Assembly: GCA_965199495.1 (NCBI GenBank)
Contig: CBDASK010000003.1
Location: 3,776,001-3,840,000, forward strand
DNA length: 64,000 nt
From: Abditibacterium sp.
Lineage (GTDB): Bacteria > Armatimonadota > Abditibacteriia > Abditibacteriales > Abditibacteriaceae
Direction: 5' to 3'
This document shows positions 28,529 to 38,601 of this stretch, piece by piece. The stretch's first letter is position 1. Each line of letters starts with the position of its first letter. The position numbers and the translations under genes are program-made. The notes under the pieces are model-generated. The model saw nothing but the letters and a program-made list of their open reading frames with translations. It was not told the DNA's origin and searched no databases.

Positions 28529-29491
28529 GTGGATTTATTAACCCCTTCGCTGCCTCTGATCGAGGCGCTCCAACGTTATCGCTGGCTCGCCGAGCCGATG
28601 AAACTGTTTTCGTTTCTCGGCTCGGAACTTTTTTTTCTGCTGCTGTTGCCGCTGGTTTATTGGAACATCAACCGTCGCGTCGGCGCGCGATTGGGACTTT
28701 TATTTATCGGCAACGTTTTGATTAACGATTGGATTAAAGTCATCTTCGCGATGCCGCGTCCGTTTTGGTCGCAGGGCATCGCGCAGTTGGCGTCCAAGCC
28801 CGAAGTCACGTTTGGCTTTCCGTCGGGCCACGCGCAAAACACCGCCGCGATCTGGACTTTTTTGGCGCTGCAAACCAAACGCCCGCGCTTGTGGGTAATT
28901 TTATCGTTCGCGCTTTTAGTTTTAGTCGCGCTTTCGCGAATGTTCGTCGGCGCCCATTATCCGCTCGACGTGGTCGGCGGCGCCATTTTTGGCTATTTAT
29001 TACTGGGAATTTTTCTGCGCGCCGAGCGACCGTTATTGCGGTGGCTGGGGCCAACGTTGCCACGGCGCCTTGGATTTTTAGTTGTGTCGTGCATTATATT
29101 GAGCCTATTTTATTGGCTGGCCGCGCGCCGTTTGGTTGTGCCCTCGCCAAACTCGCCCGCCTTCGAGACCTATATTGAATCCATCAATGGCGTGAACTTC
29201 GCCAAACGCGTCGGCGCGTTGTTTGGCATGGGCAGTGGCTTGATACTCGCGTTTCGCATCGTGCCGTTTGCCATCGAAGCGACGCTCGTCCAAAAAATCG
29301 CGCGTTTCGTCGTTGGCATTGGCGGTTTGATGATTGTTCGCGCGGCGACTTCCAAACTGTTGCCCGACAATGGGCCGTGCGCGTTTACCGGTTATTTTCT
29401 GTTGACGTTTTGGGTGACTCTCGTTGCGCCGCTGATTTTTACGCGCTTAAAGTTGATGCAACTCGAAGCGCGCGAGCCAGTCGCCGCGTAA
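28529..29491 (+). CDS. PAP2-family membrane phosphatase
   Basis: K..F.MPRP, FPSGHA, SRMFVGAHYPLDV. Confidence 0.92.
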   Translation: MDLLTPSLPLIEALQRYRWLAEPMKLFSFLGSELFFLLLLPLVYWNINRRVGARLGLLFIGNVLINDWIKVIFAMPRPFWSQGIAQLASKPEVTFGFPSGHAQNTAAIWTFLALQTKRPRLWVILSFALLVLVALSRMFVGAHYPLDVVGGAIFGYLLLGIFLRAERPLLRWLGPTLPRRLGFLVVSCIILSLFYWLAARRLVVPSPNSPAFETYIESINGVNFAKRVGALFGMGSGLILAFRIVPFAIEATLVQKIARFVVGIGGLMIVRAATSKLLPDNGPCAFTGYFLLTFWVTLVAPLIFTRLKLMQLEAREPVAA

Positions 29492-29592
29492 ATGCGCCGA
29501 CTGAGAACTCAATCCTAAACACTTGCCAACGCACCGCGCGTGGGTGCGATTTGTCCAACGAATGGCGCATCATTTTTGCAGCGCCCGCCGCC

Positions 29593-31806
29593 ATGAACTC
29601 TCGATTCTTTATTTCTGCTCTTGGTTTATCGTTGGCCCTGATGCCCGCCGCGCGCGCGCAGGGCGTACTCGATCCCGGTGTGGTTAATCCGTTGGGCCGC
29701 AATCCCGTCGTTGGTGCGCCCGGTCAGACCGATATGACGGGCGACGTGGCTGCTCCCGCGCGTCCGACCAATGTCGTGAACATTAACGCGAATAATCTGG
29801 CAAATTTGCCGACATTGCTCAACAGTGCTGGCGCGATTTCGCTGGGCGTTTATGCCGAAGATTTGGACAAAAATCCCGCCGCGCGCGACGCCTTATTGAA
29901 CTATGTCGGGCAGGGCGGAACGGTATTTTTGCATACCGATGCTGCGCGTTTGTTTGGCTATCGCACCGTGGCCGCGCGCGAAACCACGAATCGGCAAGTC
30001 GGCCAACTTTATGGGCGCGCGCGCGCGGCAGTGCCGTTTGGAACTGTCCCGCTTTTGTGGAACGATGGCGCTAACGCGGAGCGCGGCCCCGTTCGCGCAC
30101 CCGGCATCAACAACGTGTTTTATACGCTGCGTGCGGGCGATGATTTGGTCATTGACCATCCGGCGGGCACGCCGTTGTTGCAGGTCAGCGGCAGTGGCTC
30201 GAACAGTCCGCTTTACGCGGCGGCGATTGCGCCTTATGGCGCGGGCTGGGCGGTTTTTACGCCCGATTTCATTGACCAAAAGCGTGGCGATGGCGCCGCT
30301 TTCGCGCGCAATTTATTGAAGTTGGTCGGCGGCTCGCGCTACGTCGGCGTTTCGCAGGCCGCCATCGGGAGCGGCGACGGATTGTTGGCGGCGCTCAGTC
30401 GGGCTGCGCAAAACGGCAACGGCCAGAGCGCGCCTTTGCCAGGTTTTGGCACCAATTTGCCGACAGCCCGCGTAAATAACGGCGCCGTGATGGGCCAAGC
30501 GCCCGCCGCCTTGCAAAACGAGCAAATCATAATGAAAGGAAACGCGCCGGTGCCGCCGGAAACTGCAGCCACGGCGCCAACGGACATGTCGGCGCCCGGC
30601 CCGGTTTTGCTGCTGACGCGCAACGAAGCCACGGCGTTTGGCACGGCCTTACAAAACGAGCCGCAGGGACGCGGCGCGGTGGCCCTCGCGATTTTGCGCG
30701 CGCGCGTCGCGTTGCTCAATGGCGATGCGCAAGCGGCGCAAACGCAACTGGCGTTGGCCGATCGTCTGGCGCCCAGCACGGGCGAAACTCAATTTTTGCG
30801 CGGCGCGGCGGCTATTGCGGGCGCGACTTTCATCGGTTCTGTCTCGCCCGACCGCGCGAGTAGCGCCAATTTGGCGGCCAATTCGTTCGCGGCGGCGGGC
30901 CGCGCCAAGCCCTATTTTCTGGCGCCCGGTTCGGCCAACGGCGTGTTTTTCGACAATATCACTGGCGCCAATCTCAATTCGCTGGGCGCGCAGATCAATC
31001 GGTTTTCGCAGGTTCTGGGATTGGAGCCGCCGCTCTCGCTCGTTGTTGGCAATGGCGCTTCGGCGGTAACGATTCGCTATTTCGATGGCGATAGCGCGGT
31101 GCCTTTCGTGCAACGCGCCGCCGCCGAATTGGCGAGTTCCGAGCTGTTTAGCGGATTGGTGGACGGTCAGGAAATTCTGCTGTTTCCCACGCCCGAACTT
31201 TACCAGCGTTATCGCGCCGCCGCCGGTTTGGAGCAGCAAAATGTGCCGCTCCCGGCGGCCTCGCTGGGCGATGTGGTGGATGGACGCATTTTGATGGTTT
31301 CGATTCCCGCCGCGCGCCCGATTGCCGTTGGCCCCGGCGGCGTGCCGCGCCCGCTACCATTGCGGGCCACCAGCGCGAATTTGCTGGCGCGCTTCGAGAC
31401 CTACGCGCTCTTCGATTCTTATGTCGGCGATAGCAATGGTCGCATTCCGTCGTGGATGGTGCTGGGACTTTCGACGCTGGCCGATTTGACGCTCAATGGC
31501 GACACGCTCAGCGCGCAATACGATCAGGAATTGCGCCGCTATGCGGCAACGGGCAATCTGCTGGCGCCGCGCCAATTCGACGCGCAGTTGGGCGAGTCTT
31601 CGGTATTGGCGCTGGCGCAATCCACGGCCATTATGCGCTATTTCTATGCGCGCTTTGGCGCGGGCAACGTCGCCGAAACCATCCAGCGCATCGGCGCCGG
31701 TCAAAGCGTGGACGACGCGCTCACAGCCACGACGGGCCTCAACGAGTTGGGATTGTTCCGCGAATGGCGCAACGCCCAGTTTGAGGGACTCAATTTGCCC
31801 AATTAA
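29593..31806 (+). CDS. Secreted multidomain protein (GATase-like region, TPR-like region, peptidase MA-like C-terminus lacking HEXXH)
   Basis: Signal peptide ending ARA; YVGQGGTVF; IPSWMVLGLS...FYARFG...ATTGL..LFREW. Domain calls tentative. Confidence 0.6.
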   Translation: MNSRFFISALGLSLALMPAARAQGVLDPGVVNPLGRNPVVGAPGQTDMTGDVAAPARPTNVVNINANNLANLPTLLNSAGAISLGVYAEDLDKNPAARDALLNYVGQGGTVFLHTDAARLFGYRTVAARETTNRQVGQLYGRARAAVPFGTVPLLWNDGANAERGPVRAPGINNVFYTLRAGDDLVIDHPAGTPLLQVSGSGSNSPLYAAAIAPYGAGWAVFTPDFIDQKRGDGAAFARNLLKLVGGSRYVGVSQAAIGSGDGLLAALSRAAQNGNGQSAPLPGFGTNLPTARVNNGAVMGQAPAALQNEQIIMKGNAPVPPETAATAPTDMSAPGPVLLLTRNEATAFGTALQNEPQGRGAVALAILRARVALLNGDAQAAQTQLALADRLAPSTGETQFLRGAAAIAGATFIGSVSPDRASSANLAANSFAAAGRAKPYFLAPGSANGVFFDNITGANLNSLGAQINRFSQVLGLEPPLSLVVGNGASAVTIRYFDGDSAVPFVQRAAAELASSELFSGLVDGQEILLFPTPELYQRYRAAAGLEQQNVPLPAASLGDVVDGRILMVSIPAARPIAVGPGGVPRPLPLRATSANLLARFETYALFDSYVGDSNGRIPSWMVLGLSTLADLTLNGDTLSAQYDQELRRYAATGNLLAPRQFDAQLGESSVLALAQSTAIMRYFYARFGAGNVAETIQRIGAGQSVDDALTATTGLNELGLFREWRNAQFEGLNLPN

Positions 31807-31942
31807 GTGAATCGAGCCAATCCCAAATGGTTATCGCGAAAAACTGTTGCTTGCAATCCGCATTAAACGGGCGCGCAACGCGACGAGAAATTCGCGTTCT
31901 AAAAGGCTCAACAACGCGTTGCGAACGCGCTTAACCCTTGCG

Positions 31943-33322
31943 ATGAAATCTTCGTCTTCCCCGCCCCGCGACTGCGCTGGTATCGCCCCTCAACTCACCG
32001 CGCTTTTCGATGGTGAGGCCGACGAAACTCAGTCGCAGCAGGCGCGCGCGCATTTGTTGGTTTGCCCGGAGTGTTCGCGGGCGTGGCTCAATTGGACGCA
32101 ATATCGCGCGACTCTGCAAAGCGAACCGGTGCCCGCGCCGCCGCCGACGTTTCTGTGGCGTCTGCTCATCGCCTACCGCGTCGCCGCTTTCGCGCATCCC
32201 GCCCGTCATCGTGGGGCTTCACCGGCATTTTCGGCTCATGTCCTGCGCGACTTGGAAGCGCCCCTGCCCCCGCGCCTGACCCAGCATATTCTGGCTCAGA
32301 CAACGCGCAAACCCAGCGCCCATGTCATGCTGACGCCGCTCACCGGCCCGGCTCCCGCGTCCAATGCGCGCCAAAATGCGCGCGCCGCGAAGTTTCGCCG
32401 CTTTCCCCTGATGGCCGCGCCCGCACTGGCGTTGTGGATTTTGATGCTGGGCCGCACCGATTTGATCGCGACTTTGCCTGTGCTGCCGTCCGACGCGACG
32501 ATATCGTTAGCGCCCTCAACCGATGCTCACGGCGCACCTGAAAATCACAGCAAAAGTCGCATTGAGTTCACTCCCGTTCCTGTTCTCTCCGCTCCATTTG
32601 CCGAGCGCGACGCATCGCCACAATTTGCCGCCGTGTCGCTGGCCGCTCGTTTAAACGAGCGCGGCGAAGTGCAATCGCCTGATCGCGTTCCGGGTAATGT
32701 GGCATCGCGCGTCGTCACAGCGATTCCGCCTTCGCGCCGCGCGCGCGACGCTGGGCAATCCGACGAAACGCTCAATCAAGCGCTGCTTTTGGCGATGAGC
32801 GCCGGACGCAACGACATCGCGCGCGCGCAAAGCGTTCCCGCGCGGCCAATTGCACCAATTCGCGTTGTGGCGCCGGTCGAACCCGCGCCGGTGGCTGGAC
32901 GTTCGCCAAGTGTTGAAGCGCCGATTCCCGCTCGTAAGGCGCGCAAAATCAACGTTCGCTCGGCGCCGCGCGCTAATTTCGTTTCCGAACCTTCCGCCGG
33001 TTTCGTCAGTTTGGCCGCGCTCACTTCGCCGATTGGCCCGGTTCGCACTTTTAGCGCCGCCCGCCTGCGTCCCGCCGTGTTCTCCGAAGATTCGACGATG
33101 CGTCCGCGCGTGTCTTATGCCAGCGCCGATGGTCGTCGTCTGGCTCGCCTGTCGCTCGACGAGAGCGAAGTTTCGTTGCGCGTTTCGCGCCCTAACGCGG
33201 ACGCGCCCACGTTGCGCACGTCGAATTTCGCGGGCGATAACGGCCCGCGCATCGAAGATTTGCGCTCAGCAGTGGACGATTTCCGCGCTTCGGTTTCCAA
33301 CGAACGTTTTGCCGACGAGTAG
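31943..33322 (+). CDS. Zinc-binding (zf-HC2) anti-sigma-factor-like membrane protein
   Basis: C...LTALFDGE...AHLLVCPEC, one TM segment, long Pro/Ala-rich tail. Confidence 0.75.
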   Translation: MKSSSSPPRDCAGIAPQLTALFDGEADETQSQQARAHLLVCPECSRAWLNWTQYRATLQSEPVPAPPPTFLWRLLIAYRVAAFAHPARHRGASPAFSAHVLRDLEAPLPPRLTQHILAQTTRKPSAHVMLTPLTGPAPASNARQNARAAKFRRFPLMAAPALALWILMLGRTDLIATLPVLPSDATISLAPSTDAHGAPENHSKSRIEFTPVPVLSAPFAERDASPQFAAVSLAARLNERGEVQSPDRVPGNVASRVVTAIPPSRRARDAGQSDETLNQALLLAMSAGRNDIARAQSVPARPIAPIRVVAPVEPAPVAGRSPSVEAPIPARKARKINVRSAPRANFVSEPSAGFVSLAALTSPIGPVRTFSAARLRPAVFSEDSTMRPRVSYASADGRRLARLSLDESEVSLRVSRPNADAPTLRTSNFAGDNGPRIEDLRSAVDDFRASVSNERFADE

Positions 33323-33357
33323 GAAGAGCGAATCGGGATAATGTCATCGAAGAACTT

Positions 33358-33508
33358 GCAAAAGTGCCAGCGAATGAATTCGCGGCTGGGAGGCTAAAGC
33401 CGGAAGTCCGCCTACGCGGACACGGAAATTTAACGGTTCTTCGTGTCCGCGTAGGCGGACTTCCGGCTTTAGCCTCCCAGCCGCGAATTCATTCGCTGGC
33501 ACTTTTGC
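33358..33508. repeat. Perfect inverted repeat, family G
   Basis: 67-bp arms at 33358-33424 and 33442-33508 with a 17-nt spacer. Confidence 0.96.
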
Positions 33509-33540
33509 TTTCGCGCTCGTTTTCGACTTTTGCAAGAGAT

Positions 33541-34335
33541 CTATCGGAAAACTTGCGCGACCCCTTTTGTTAGCGCGCCTATTTCTCCAAAATCGCGCGC
33601 GCTTTTCTCGTCGGAAATCGAACCTATCGAGCGCACACCCGCCGCGCCCGAAACGATAAAGGCTTCATCGGCTTCCCATAAATTTGGCATTTGCCACTGC
33701 CCTTCGCATACGGTAAATCGCTCGATGACAATCGCGCGCCCGACGCCGCGCAGACAGCCACTGGCCAAGCTGGGCGTGTAAAGCACGCCGCGCTTCGCCC
33801 AAAAAATCGAGGCGCGCGCGGTTTCGCAAACCAATTCGCTTTCGGTCAGTAACAAAGCCTCGTCGAATCCGCGCGTGCGCGCCGCGTCCCACGCGAAAAG
33901 ATAGGGCAAATACGAAGTCGTCTTCACGCCCGCCAACGGCGCGTTTGCCGCCACGCGAAACGGCGAAACTTCCAGTCGCGCGGGCGTTAGCGCGGGCGCG
34001 GGCGCCGTTTGTGCGACGATGCTCCAATCGGCGCTGCTTTGCGCGTTCCAGCGCCCATCGCCGCGCTTTGTTCCGGTAACGCGCGCCAGACCGTTTTTCA
34101 GTTCGAGCCGCGCCACAAGCTCGTCCAAACCCGCGCGCAAGTGGCCCGCGTCAAACGGCCACTCGACGCGAGCAGCCACGGCGTCGCGCTCCAAACGCGC
34201 GGCGTGCTGCTCCCAAAATTTCGGCTGGCCATCGCGAATCGCAATTGTCGTAAAAACGCCCCAGCCCACTGAGGCGCCCGCATTGGTCGCGTCCAGTTGG
34301 GCCATCGCAGTTAATTGGCCGTTGAACCAAATCAT
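33541..34335 (-). CDS. Aminotransferase class IV (PabC/IlvE-like)
   Basis: GWGVFTT, HAARL, GVKTTSY, GFDEALL, CLRGVGR, ADEAF. Confidence 0.88.
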   Translation of the reverse strand: MIWFNGQLTAMAQLDATNAGASVGWGVFTTIAIRDGQPKFWEQHAARLERDAVAARVEWPFDAGHLRAGLDELVARLELKNGLARVTGTKRGDGRWNAQSSADWSIVAQTAPAPALTPARLEVSPFRVAANAPLAGVKTTSYLPYLFAWDAARTRGFDEALLLTESELVCETARASIFWAKRGVLYTPSLASGCLRGVGRAIVIERFTVCEGQWQMPNLWEADEAFIVSGAAGVRSIGSISDEKSARDFGEIGALTKGVAQVFR

Positions 34336-34364
34336 GTTCGCAAGTGTAAGGCTAAACTGATTTC

Positions 34365-35054
34365 ATGCTCGCGCGCTCGTCCGTTCTCATCACTGGCGGC
34401 ACCGGCGCGTTGGGGAGCGCCATCGTCGCCGATTTGTGCGCGGCCAATTATGCCGTCGTCGCCAACTATTATCACGATGAAACGCGCGCGCGCGAACTCG
34501 AAACGCGAACCGGTTGCCAACTCGCGCGCGCCGACGTGCGCGACGAAAACGCGGTGCAAACGCTTTTCGAGACGCACAAATTCGACGCGATTATTCACGC
34601 GGCGGGCCACAACCGCGATGCGCTTTTGCTGCGTACTTCCGCAACTCTATGGCGCGAGCAATTGCGCGCCAATCTCGATGCGGCGTTTCTCATCACGCGC
34701 GCCGCGCTGCAATTTTTGCCCGACGGCGGACGATTGATTTTGATTTCGTCGCGCGTGGGCGAGCGCGGCTTTGCTGGCCAAAGCGCCTACGCCGCCAGCA
34801 AAGGCGCGGTTACAGGTTTGATGCGCGCCGCCGCCGCCGAAGGTCGCGCGCGCGAATTGAAAATCAACGCGGTTTGTCCGGGCTTCGCGCCTTCGATGTT
34901 GTCGCGCGATTTAAACGAAAAAATTCGCGAATACCGCGCATCGGAAAATTTAATTTCCGGTGCCGATGCCGCGCAATCGTTGGCGGCGGCGTGCCGGTGG
35001 CTGCTCACGGCGCGCGTGAGCGGACAAGTGATTCGGGCGGATTGTCGGGTTTAG
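34365..35054 (+). CDS. Short-chain dehydrogenase/reductase (FabG-like)
   Basis: TGGTGALG, YAASKG, INAVCPGF. Confidence 0.9.
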   Translation: MLARSSVLITGGTGALGSAIVADLCAANYAVVANYYHDETRARELETRTGCQLARADVRDENAVQTLFETHKFDAIIHAAGHNRDALLLRTSATLWREQLRANLDAAFLITRAALQFLPDGGRLILISSRVGERGFAGQSAYAASKGAVTGLMRAAAAEGRARELKINAVCPGFAPSMLSRDLNEKIREYRASENLISGADAAQSLAAACRWLLTARVSGQVIRADCRV

Positions 35055-35089
35055 AGGCTATTCAAATAGGAAATGAAAGTGTGCAGAAA

Positions 35090-35163
35090 GCGGGGCTGAC
35101 GCACCCTTCCAATCAGCATGCTTTGGAGGAACTTTGCTGATTGGAAGAGGGCGTCAGCCCCGC
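35090..35163. repeat. Inverted repeat, family F copy 2
   Basis: 29-bp arms with 2 mismatches; gcggggct..cgc..ccttccaa resembles the 21270 copy. Confidence 0.8.
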
Positions 35164-35199
35164 AGGAAGACAGGAGCCGCTTCCCGATTTGGATAGCAT

Positions 35200-35952
35200 C
35201 TAATCCCGCAATCCCGGCCATTCGCGCCACAAATCGGTCAAACACTCCAGCCGATTTTCGTCGTGTTGCGGATGCTTGACGCGAAAGAACGTCGCGAAAC
35301 GCGGGCGCGCCGCGTAGTTACCAGCCACGCCGTGCAGCAATTGGTAATGCGCGATAACCGCGTCGCCCGCTTTGGCCTGAATTTGCAACGGCTCGCCCGC
35401 GTCAATGGGCGGTGTGCGGCCTTCATCGGTAATAATGTGCGTGCCATGCTCGCGGAAATAATCCTGCATTTTGAGGTGCGAACCGGGCCACACGGTAAAA
35501 TTGCCCGCGTTGTCGGCGTTGATGTCGGTCAGGAAAACGCCGATTAAAGCGCTAAACGAAGCGATTGCGCCTTTAGGAACGCCATTATGGGGCGAGTGAA
35601 CGCCGTCAATATGCGGCCCCGGCGGGTGGATTGGCGCGCCCAATTCGCGCGGAAAGCGCAACGCGAGTTGAGCCGATTTCGCGGGCGCGACGTTTTCGGC
35701 GCCCATCAAATCCTGTAAAACCGCGCGCAAATCCGACGCGTTAAACAGATCGGTAATCACCGATTGCCTTTGCAAATCGGGGAAAAACGATTGCTGTTGC
35801 CATGTGCGCAATTCTTCGGTGGGCACGCCCTGGCCCAGACGGTGATAAATGGCGTGCAGCGCGGTTTCGAGTTGGTCTGGCGCGATGGCGCCGGGCAAAT
35901 GAACGAATCCGTCGTGCTTAAAATCGGCTTTTTGAGTTGGGGTAAGGGGCAT
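35200..35952 (-). CDS. Phytanoyl-CoA dioxygenase (PhyH)-family protein
   Basis: FKHDGFV, PHID, GNFTVWPGSH, KAGD...LHG..N...R. Confidence 0.85.
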   Translation of the reverse strand: MPLTPTQKADFKHDGFVHLPGAIAPDQLETALHAIYHRLGQGVPTEELRTWQQQSFFPDLQRQSVITDLFNASDLRAVLQDLMGAENVAPAKSAQLALRFPRELGAPIHPPGPHIDGVHSPHNGVPKGAIASFSALIGVFLTDINADNAGNFTVWPGSHLKMQDYFREHGTHIITDEGRTPPIDAGEPLQIQAKAGDAVIAHYQLLHGVAGNYAARPRFATFFRVKHPQHDENRLECLTDLWREWPGLRD

Positions 35953-36063
35953 TGGGGCGGCAAAGTGCGCGTTGTGTGCCGCAATATTTAAAATATCGAA
36001 ATTGTCGCGCCTCCCACTCCCGCGTTTTCTGTCAAAATTTAATAGTAGCACTTTCCCGTTCTT

Positions 36064-38571
36064 ATGCCTTCCGCCCGTTCCCGCGCTTCCGATTCCGATT
36101 CCGATTCCAAACCCAAGACCAAACGTGCGCCTCGTCGGCGCACGTCTCAGCCGAAAATTCCCGCTTTGCCGGTGATTCCCCTGCGCGGCATGGTCGCGTT
36201 TCCCTCGATGGTTCTGCCGCTTTTCATTGGTCGCGAATCTTCCATCAACGCCATTGAAACCAGCGCCAATGGCGACAAAATGTTGTTTTTGGTGACCCAG
36301 CGCGACGAAGAAAACGAAGACCCAAAACCCGAAGATTTATACGAGACCGGCATCGTCGCCGAGATTATGCAGTGGGTGAAACTGCCCGATGGCAACCTGC
36401 GCGTTATCGTCGAGGGCCGCGCGCGCGCGGTCGCCCAGAAATATACCGAGGGCGATTATTTGGCCGCCACAGTCGAGCCAGTCGAAGAAGCCACGGCGCC
36501 CGATTCGGCGCAGAGCGAGGCGTTGTCGCGCCGTCTGCGCGACGATTTCGAGAGCGCACTCAACCTGTCCAAGCGCATTCCGCCCGAAGCGATGAGCAAT
36601 ATCAGCGACGCCGATAACATCGGCGCGCTCGCCGATTTGGTGGTTTCGTATCTGGAAACCAGTGCGGAAGATCGCCAAAACGTTTTGGAACAGCGCGACG
36701 TTTTGCAGCGCGCGCAAACCGTTGTCGAACTGTTGCATCGCGAACTGCAAGTTCTGGAAATTGACCGCGAAATCGAAGCGCAGGTCAAAGAGGGCGTCGG
36801 CGATAACCAGCGCGAGTATTTTCTGCGCGAACGGTTGCGCACGATTCAGGACAAATTGAGCGAAACCGACCCAAACTACAAAGAGGGCGAAGGTTTGCGC
36901 GAACGCGTCGAGGCGGCGGGCATGCCCGCAGAAGCCAACGAAAAAGCGCTTTACGAACTGGAGCGTTTGGAGCGCATGCCGCCGATTGCGCCCGAAGTCG
37001 GCACGATTCGCAACTATATCGAATTGATGTGCGATCTGCCGTGGGACAACGCCTCGGAAGATATTCTGGATTTGAAACACGCGGCGGCGATTTTGGACGA
37101 AGACCATTACGCGCTGGGCAAAATCAAAGATCGGATTCTCGAATTCCTGGCAGTGCGCCAGTTGAACCCGACTTCGCGCGGGCCGATTTTGTGTTTTATG
37201 GGGCCGCCCGGCGTCGGCAAAACTTCGATTGGGAAATCGATCGCGCGCAGTCTGGGCCGCGAATTCATTCGCGTTTCGGTTGGCGGCATTCACGACGAAG
37301 CCGAAGTGCGCGGCCATCGCCGCACTTATATCGGCTCGATGCCGGGGCGTATTATTTCGGCGCTGCGCCGCGTGAAAGTCAAAAATCCGGTTTTCATGCT
37401 GGACGAAATTGACAAACTGGCCAGCGATTATCGCGGCGATCCTTCTTCCGCCCTGCTGGAAGCGCTCGACCCCGAACAGAATAACGCGTTCGCCGATCAT
37501 TATTTGGAAGTGCCGTTCGATCTGTCGCAGGTCATGTTTATCGCCACGGGCAATATGCTTGAACCGATTCAACCGGCTTTGCGCGACCGCATGGAAGTTT
37601 TGCAGTTTCCCGGTTATACCGATTCCGAAAAATTGCAGATCGCGACCGGATTTTTGATTCCCAAACAGGTCAAAGAAAACGGCATTTCCGATAAGAAAAT
37701 CGCTTTTGAAGACGACGGCATTCGCGAAGTGATTCGCGGTTACACGCGTGAGGCGGGGGTGCGCAATCTGGAGCGCGAACTGGGCAATATCGCGCGCAAA
37801 GTCGCGCGTCAGGTCGCCGAACATGAAAGCGGACGTTTCAAGAAAGTCAAAGTCAGCGATGCCAAAGTCAAAGAGTTTTTGGGGCCGCGCCATTTCAGCC
37901 GTGACCTGATTTTGCAAAAGGACGAGGTCGGCGTGGCTCAAGGTTTGGCGTGGACGGAAATGGGCGGCGAAGTTTTGCCCATCGAAGTTTTGCTCATTCC
38001 CGGCGCGGGCAACGCCAAGCAAACCGGCAATTTGGGCGCGGTCATGAAAGAATCGTGCGAAACCGCGATGACCTACGCGCGCGCGCACGCTTCGGAGTTG
38101 GGCATTCCGTCGGATTTCGCGGCGCGCCACGATGCGCACATTCACGTTCCATCGGGCGCCGTGCCCAAAGACGGGCCAAGTGCGGGCGTGGCGATTACGG
38201 TCGCGTTAGTCTCAGCGATGGCAGGTCGGGCGGCGCGCAAGGAAGTCGCGATGACCGGCGAAATTTCTTTGCGCGGCCACGTTTTGCCCATCGGTGGTCT
38301 GAAAGAAAAAGTCCTGGCCGCGCACCGCGTCGGCGCGACCGAAGTGATTTTGCCCGCCGAAAACGAGCGCGATTTGGAAGAACTCGCGCCCGAAGTTCGC
38401 GAAGCCTTAACTTTTCATGCCGTCGAACGGTTGGACGAGGCGATCAAATTGGCGCTGCATCCGATTAACGAAACCCGCGGAGTCGGCATTGATGTGGTCG
38501 AACCGTTATCGGACGCCGACAAAGAATTGGTCGAAATTTCGGAAAACGAATTGGAGCCACCGGTGATGTAA
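36064..38571 (+). CDS. lon: Lon protease
   Basis: GPPGVGKTS, RGHRRTYIGSMPG, PKDGPSAG, IGGLKEK. Confidence 0.98.
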   Translation: MPSARSRASDSDSDSKPKTKRAPRRRTSQPKIPALPVIPLRGMVAFPSMVLPLFIGRESSINAIETSANGDKMLFLVTQRDEENEDPKPEDLYETGIVAEIMQWVKLPDGNLRVIVEGRARAVAQKYTEGDYLAATVEPVEEATAPDSAQSEALSRRLRDDFESALNLSKRIPPEAMSNISDADNIGALADLVVSYLETSAEDRQNVLEQRDVLQRAQTVVELLHRELQVLEIDREIEAQVKEGVGDNQREYFLRERLRTIQDKLSETDPNYKEGEGLRERVEAAGMPAEANEKALYELERLERMPPIAPEVGTIRNYIELMCDLPWDNASEDILDLKHAAAILDEDHYALGKIKDRILEFLAVRQLNPTSRGPILCFMGPPGVGKTSIGKSIARSLGREFIRVSVGGIHDEAEVRGHRRTYIGSMPGRIISALRRVKVKNPVFMLDEIDKLASDYRGDPSSALLEALDPEQNNAFADHYLEVPFDLSQVMFIATGNMLEPIQPALRDRMEVLQFPGYTDSEKLQIATGFLIPKQVKENGISDKKIAFEDDGIREVIRGYTREAGVRNLERELGNIARKVARQVAEHESGRFKKVKVSDAKVKEFLGPRHFSRDLILQKDEVGVAQGLAWTEMGGEVLPIEVLLIPGAGNAKQTGNLGAVMKESCETAMTYARAHASELGIPSDFAARHDAHIHVPSGAVPKDGPSAGVAITVALVSAMAGRAARKEVAMTGEISLRGHVLPIGGLKEKVLAAHRVGATEVILPAENERDLEELAPEVREALTFHAVERLDEAIKLALHPINETRGVGIDVVEPLSDADKELVEISENELEPPVM

Positions 38572-38601
38572 TCATCGTTTTGCACCCGTCATTTATAATT
38601 A

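Noticed and set aside
36337..38145. 602-aa minus-strand ORF
   Set aside because: Antisense to lon.
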